A DNA stretch of 63,914 nt, filler included, from Nanobdellota archaeon (GTDB lineage: Archaea > Nanobdellota > Nanobdellia > B33-G15), in NCBI GenBank assembly GCA_003660925.1. It is 5 parts of 5 records of this genome, joined end to end, with 100 filler letters (N's around TTAATTAATTAA, not from the genome) between each part and the next. Parts side by side here need not be neighbours in the genome. Positions count along the whole stretch, not along the records: positions 58,370 to 63,914 come from QMVD01000044.1; 4 more parts are not named here. The stretch is one strand, 5' to 3'. Below are positions 60,697 through 63,914 of this stretch, in pieces. The notes under the pieces are model-generated. The model was given only the letters and a program-made list of their open reading frames with translations. It was not told where the DNA came from and did not search any database. Position numbers and translations under genes: made by a program. Within the stretch, counting starts at the first letter, position 1. Every line of letters begins with the position of its first letter.

Positions 60697-61075
60697 GTCC
60701 CAAGTGAGCATGGAATTGGTACTCTTCCTGTTCTTTCTCTCCGCCCTCTCCTTCTCCTTCATGCTTTACATCTACCACTACGAGGCTTCCTTGAGGTCCA
60801 TGAACATGGATATGGAGGCGAACAACTTATTAGAACTAGTGGTGGGTAGGTTGGACTCCGTCCTCTTAGAGGGGGATGGATTTTCCACGCGCCTTAACCT
60901 CCCGGAGAACCTTTCTGGAAGTGATTATGAACTGAGGATCTTCGGAGACCTCATCTGGCTCAACCTCTCAGGAAGGACCTATTCGAAGAAGATCCTGGCT
61001 AAGCAAGTTTCAGGGACGCTGAAGAAGGGGGAAAACTGGCTGGTGAACGAAAATGGGACGATCATCATCAAGTAA
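60680..61075 (+). CDS. Class III signal peptide (pilin-like) protein
   Basis: HRS/QVSMEL followed by hydrophobic helix. Confidence 0.72.
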   Translation: MSLQHRSQVSMELVLFLFFLSALSFSFMLYIYHYEASLRSMNMDMEANNLLELVVGRLDSVLLEGDGFSTRLNLPENLSGSDYELRIFGDLIWLNLSGRTYSKKILAKQVSGTLKKGENWLVNENGTIIIK

Positions 61076-61562
61076 TTCCCAACTCTTCTCTTCGGAGGCA
61101 GTGGTGGTAGTGGTCTTCTTCCTGAGCTTGCTCTTTGTGTTTAACTCGTATGTGAGCGGCAGACTCGAGGAGTTCTCCCTGTACAACGAGTACTCCAGAC
61201 TGAGGAATAAAGCCATTCGCGTCACCGACCTCCTCCTGAGGACGCCCGGGCTTCCAGAGGACTGGAATGAAAGCAACTACCTCCAATTGGGTTTGGCTGA
61301 GGAGGAATACATCATCTCTTCCCAGAAGTTGGACCAATTCCTGAACCTCTCAGAGGAAGAAGTGGCGGATAGTTTGGGACTGGGCAGCTACCGCCTCTTC
61401 CTCAACATCTCGAGCGCTTTAAACTACACCTCTTGGGTGGAATACATCTTCGGAGAGTACCCCTCCTCCTCTCAGGTGGCCATCCCCGTCAGGAGGCTCG
61501 CCCTTTTGGATGTGAATGGGAAGAACATTCCAGTTAAAGTTTTGTTGGTGGTGTGGAAATGA
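61053..61562 (+). CDS. Pilin-like membrane-anchored protein
   Basis: S/QLFSSE plus hydrophobic helix; LL.TPG.P.DW...GLA motif. Confidence 0.68.
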   Translation: MGRSSSSNSQLFSSEAVVVVVFFLSLLFVFNSYVSGRLEEFSLYNEYSRLRNKAIRVTDLLLRTPGLPEDWNESNYLQLGLAEEEYIISSQKLDQFLNLSEEEVADSLGLGSYRLFLNISSALNYTSWVEYIFGEYPSSSQVAIPVRRLALLDVNGKNIPVKVLLVVWK

Positions 61563-63397
61563 GGGGTGTCGCCATATCTTTTGATGTGCTTTTCTCCTGC
61601 ATGTTCTTACTCATGTTCCTCTCCATCTACGCTTCTTCCTTCTATATTCCTCCCCGTTTTGAGGGGGAATATTACCATTCTTACAAGGTGGCGAGCGATG
61701 TCCTCATGATCCTAAAGAAGACCAGGATCTACGACGTCCAGGAAGACCCCACCATTCAGTTTTACATGGATAATGGGGACATAACCTCTGAGGACATGAA
61801 CAGGACCCTTGTTGACCTGATAGGTACCTTCTGGTCGGAGAACAGGACAGAAGACGCCGAGAACGTGACAAGGTCCATCTTAGAGCAACTCATGCCCCCT
61901 GGTGTGAGCTATGGAGTGTACATGGGCGGAGACGTGATATACGAGAGGAACCTCAGTTTTCCGGACCGATTGGCGAAGAGTAGCCTCATGGTCTCTGGTT
62001 ACATGGTTGGGAAGCCGACGAGGGGGTTCATGGCGAGGGCTTGGCTCCAGAGGGTTAGGGGGAACGAAACGTTCCTCCTTCCCATATCCCCTGCGGGAAG
62101 CGGATTCGGCGCGTTTTATTTCAGGGGAGGGGACTTCACCCTGGAAAAGACCTTTGAGATACCATCGGATGCCGAGAACATCTCTTCCCAACTCGACCTT
62201 TCGGTTCATGAAGAGGAGGGTTACATCTACGTCTACATGAATGATGTCCTGCAGGCAAGTATTTACTCCACGAGCACGTACTACGGAACTGTGGAGATAA
62301 GTGACGTGAGGCCGGGAATGAACGTGTTGAAGATCGTGTTAGAAAGGCCCATGTTCTACCACTCCCACATGCACCCTGGGACGGTCCTCAAAGTGACTTA
62401 TTCCCACGAGAAAAACCTGTCTTATGCTGAGGAAAGAGAAGTGTTCGAGAGACAGGAGTTGCCCCATGTGATCGGTTCTCCAGCTGCTTGGGTCATCTAT
62501 CCCTTTGACATCCCAAGGGGGAGCGAAGTGAACTCCGCTGAATTACACTTCGAAGGGGCGGGAGTTAATAAATGGGTGGAGATATGGGTGAATGACCACC
62601 TCGTGTACTCCTCAAGTTCCCCTCCGAGCAACCCCGTCCTCGACTTTGACATAAAGGATTACCTCCACCTATCTGGGAACTCCTCCACAGGGGAGACCAA
62701 CATCTTGGCTATCTATTTGGATATGGAGAGCACTAGGGACAGGTATGTGACAGGTGCTAGGGGAACTGCCGAGATCCTCAATTCAAGTTATGTGGAGCTC
62801 AATTACACCAAGCCCGAACCTGTGAAGTACTACGGGAGGATAACCGCCACGAAGCTCATACCTTTCGATCAATTGGACGGTCAAGATGCTGCCCTCGTGA
62901 AGAAGATGTACTTCGACTGGGCAGATTTTCCCATCCTCTCATCCTATCTCCACATAGTCCAAGAGTACAGTTGGAAAGTGGCCGCAGCAGCTTGGCACGA
63001 TCCAGAAAAGGAACCGAATTGGAATGGGACGGATTGGGACAAATATCAGATATTCAAGTCGCCGACTGGGAGGTCTGTTCCCAGTTCCATATACATACCC
63101 GTGGAGAGGTTCTCTACCGACACGAGGAACTACGTCAAGGCGAGGGATTTCGATGGGAGTTCTTCCAACCTGATCCTTCCGGATTCCTTTGTGAGCGTGA
63201 ATTTCTTGGTCCCCGCCCAGGTGGGTTATGGGGATGTGTTTCCTAATCAGACAGCAGCAGAGCAGGATGCAATCCAGAGATTGAACGAGACAATTAAGGG
63301 GTACGTGGAGGAAGGTGAAATAGAGACGCAGACGACGGAAATCGTGGACGTCCCCACCATGTGGGGCTTAACCGAGATGGAGGTGAGAGTGTGGTGA
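61559..63397 (+). CDS. Large class III signal peptide protein (putative minor pilin/adhesin)
   Basis: MRG/VAISFD plus hydrophobic helix; beta-rich body; C-terminal EVRVW. Confidence 0.7.
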   Translation: MRGVAISFDVLFSCMFLLMFLSIYASSFYIPPRFEGEYYHSYKVASDVLMILKKTRIYDVQEDPTIQFYMDNGDITSEDMNRTLVDLIGTFWSENRTEDAENVTRSILEQLMPPGVSYGVYMGGDVIYERNLSFPDRLAKSSLMVSGYMVGKPTRGFMARAWLQRVRGNETFLLPISPAGSGFGAFYFRGGDFTLEKTFEIPSDAENISSQLDLSVHEEEGYIYVYMNDVLQASIYSTSTYYGTVEISDVRPGMNVLKIVLERPMFYHSHMHPGTVLKVTYSHEKNLSYAEEREVFERQELPHVIGSPAAWVIYPFDIPRGSEVNSAELHFEGAGVNKWVEIWVNDHLVYSSSSPPSNPVLDFDIKDYLHLSGNSSTGETNILAIYLDMESTRDRYVTGARGTAEILNSSYVELNYTKPEPVKYYGRITATKLIPFDQLDGQDAALVKKMYFDWADFPILSSYLHIVQEYSWKVAAAAWHDPEKEPNWNGTDWDKYQIFKSPTGRSVPSSIYIPVERFSTDTRNYVKARDFDGSSSNLILPDSFVSVNFLVPAQVGYGDVFPNQTAAEQDAIQRLNETIKGYVEEGEIETQTTEIVDVPTMWGLTEMEVRVW

Positions 63398-63914
63398 GGA
63401 AGGGAATCCTGTTTTCCAGCATCGCCCTTTTAGCCATAATTCCAGCCATCCTCGTCCTCCACTACTATCCAGCCCTAGTTAGGGAGAAGAGGAGTTTGGA
63501 AGTGGAAGAGATGATCTTCGACCAACTCAACTTCTTCGAGAGGAATGTGGAAGAGGACTTGGATAGGATTCTCTTCATCTCGGCTAGGAGAGCCCTGATA
63601 GCGGTGACCAACAACATCATCATAAATGGTACTCCAGTGAGCGATGCCCCTTCCTCCATTAAAGAACTCATGAGGAATGGGACTTTTCAAGGAGAGGTGG
63701 AACCCCTCATGGAAGAAAACAACATAGAGTATTGGTATGGGGAGATCAGGGAGGTTGGCGAGCTTATAGGGTTCAACCTGACCCTCTACGACTTGGGGTT
63801 AGAGGTCAATCTCTCCAACAACTCCGTGATGAACTTCCAGATCTTCACACGCATAAACATAAGCGATTTGCTGAACATCCATTTAATATCCAGGGAATCA
63901 TCCCACGGATTGAA
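63394..63914 (+). CDS. Class III signal peptide protein (runs off window; absent from ORF track)
   Basis: GTG AGG AAG GGA ATC = MRKG/ILFSSIALLAII; frame open to window end. Confidence 0.7.
   Translation, partial: MRKGILFSSIALLAIIPAILVLHYYPALVREKRSLEVEEMIFDQLNFFERNVEEDLDRILFISARRALIAVTNNIIINGTPVSDAPSSIKELMRNGTFQGEVEPLMEENNIEYWYGEIREVGELIGFNLTLYDLGLEVNLSNNSVMNFQIFTRINISDLLNIHLISRESSHGL

Noticed and set aside
1..63914. CRISPR array, rRNA, IS element or provirus
   Set aside because: No regularly spaced short repeats, rRNA-like tracts, transposase, integrase or capsid genes were recognised.

Overview
Archaeal genomic DNA, probably from a thermophilic DPANN-type lineage (Aenigmarchaeota/Nanoarchaeota-like). 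This is inferred from the dense gene packing, PolD, TFB, L35Ae/S8e/L15e, PDZ-containing SecD, the MNT-HEPN fusion and AGG/Lys/Glu-rich coding. The window is five contig pieces joined by 100-nt N spacers carrying the artificial six-frame stop linker TTAATTAATTAA, so gene order across gaps is not biological. Piece 1 (1-15869): translation/transcription genes, three tRNAs, repair glycosylases, a Bud23-like rRNA methyltransferase, a possible longin-like protein and a decayed nucleoside phosphorylase remnant. Piece 2 (15970-30844): cdc6-DP1-DP2, PINA ATPase, SerRS, ThpR, TopA, Map. Piece 3 (30945-45035): one open frame of about 4700 codons, truncated by gaps, encoding a giant Cys- and sequon-rich surface protein with 13 units of about 323 aa and a 3-unit super-period. 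Piece 4 (45136-58269): tRNA-Pro, radical SAM, SecF/SecD, NAC, L15e, NreA, a degenerate DRG-like GTPase, a PAP2/PIG-L/glycosyltransferase operon, L10e and PEP synthase. Piece 5: secreted Cys-rich proteins and a cluster of class III signal-peptide (pilin-like) genes. I found no CRISPR array, rRNA, integrase or transposase. All family calls come from motif recognition, not database searches.
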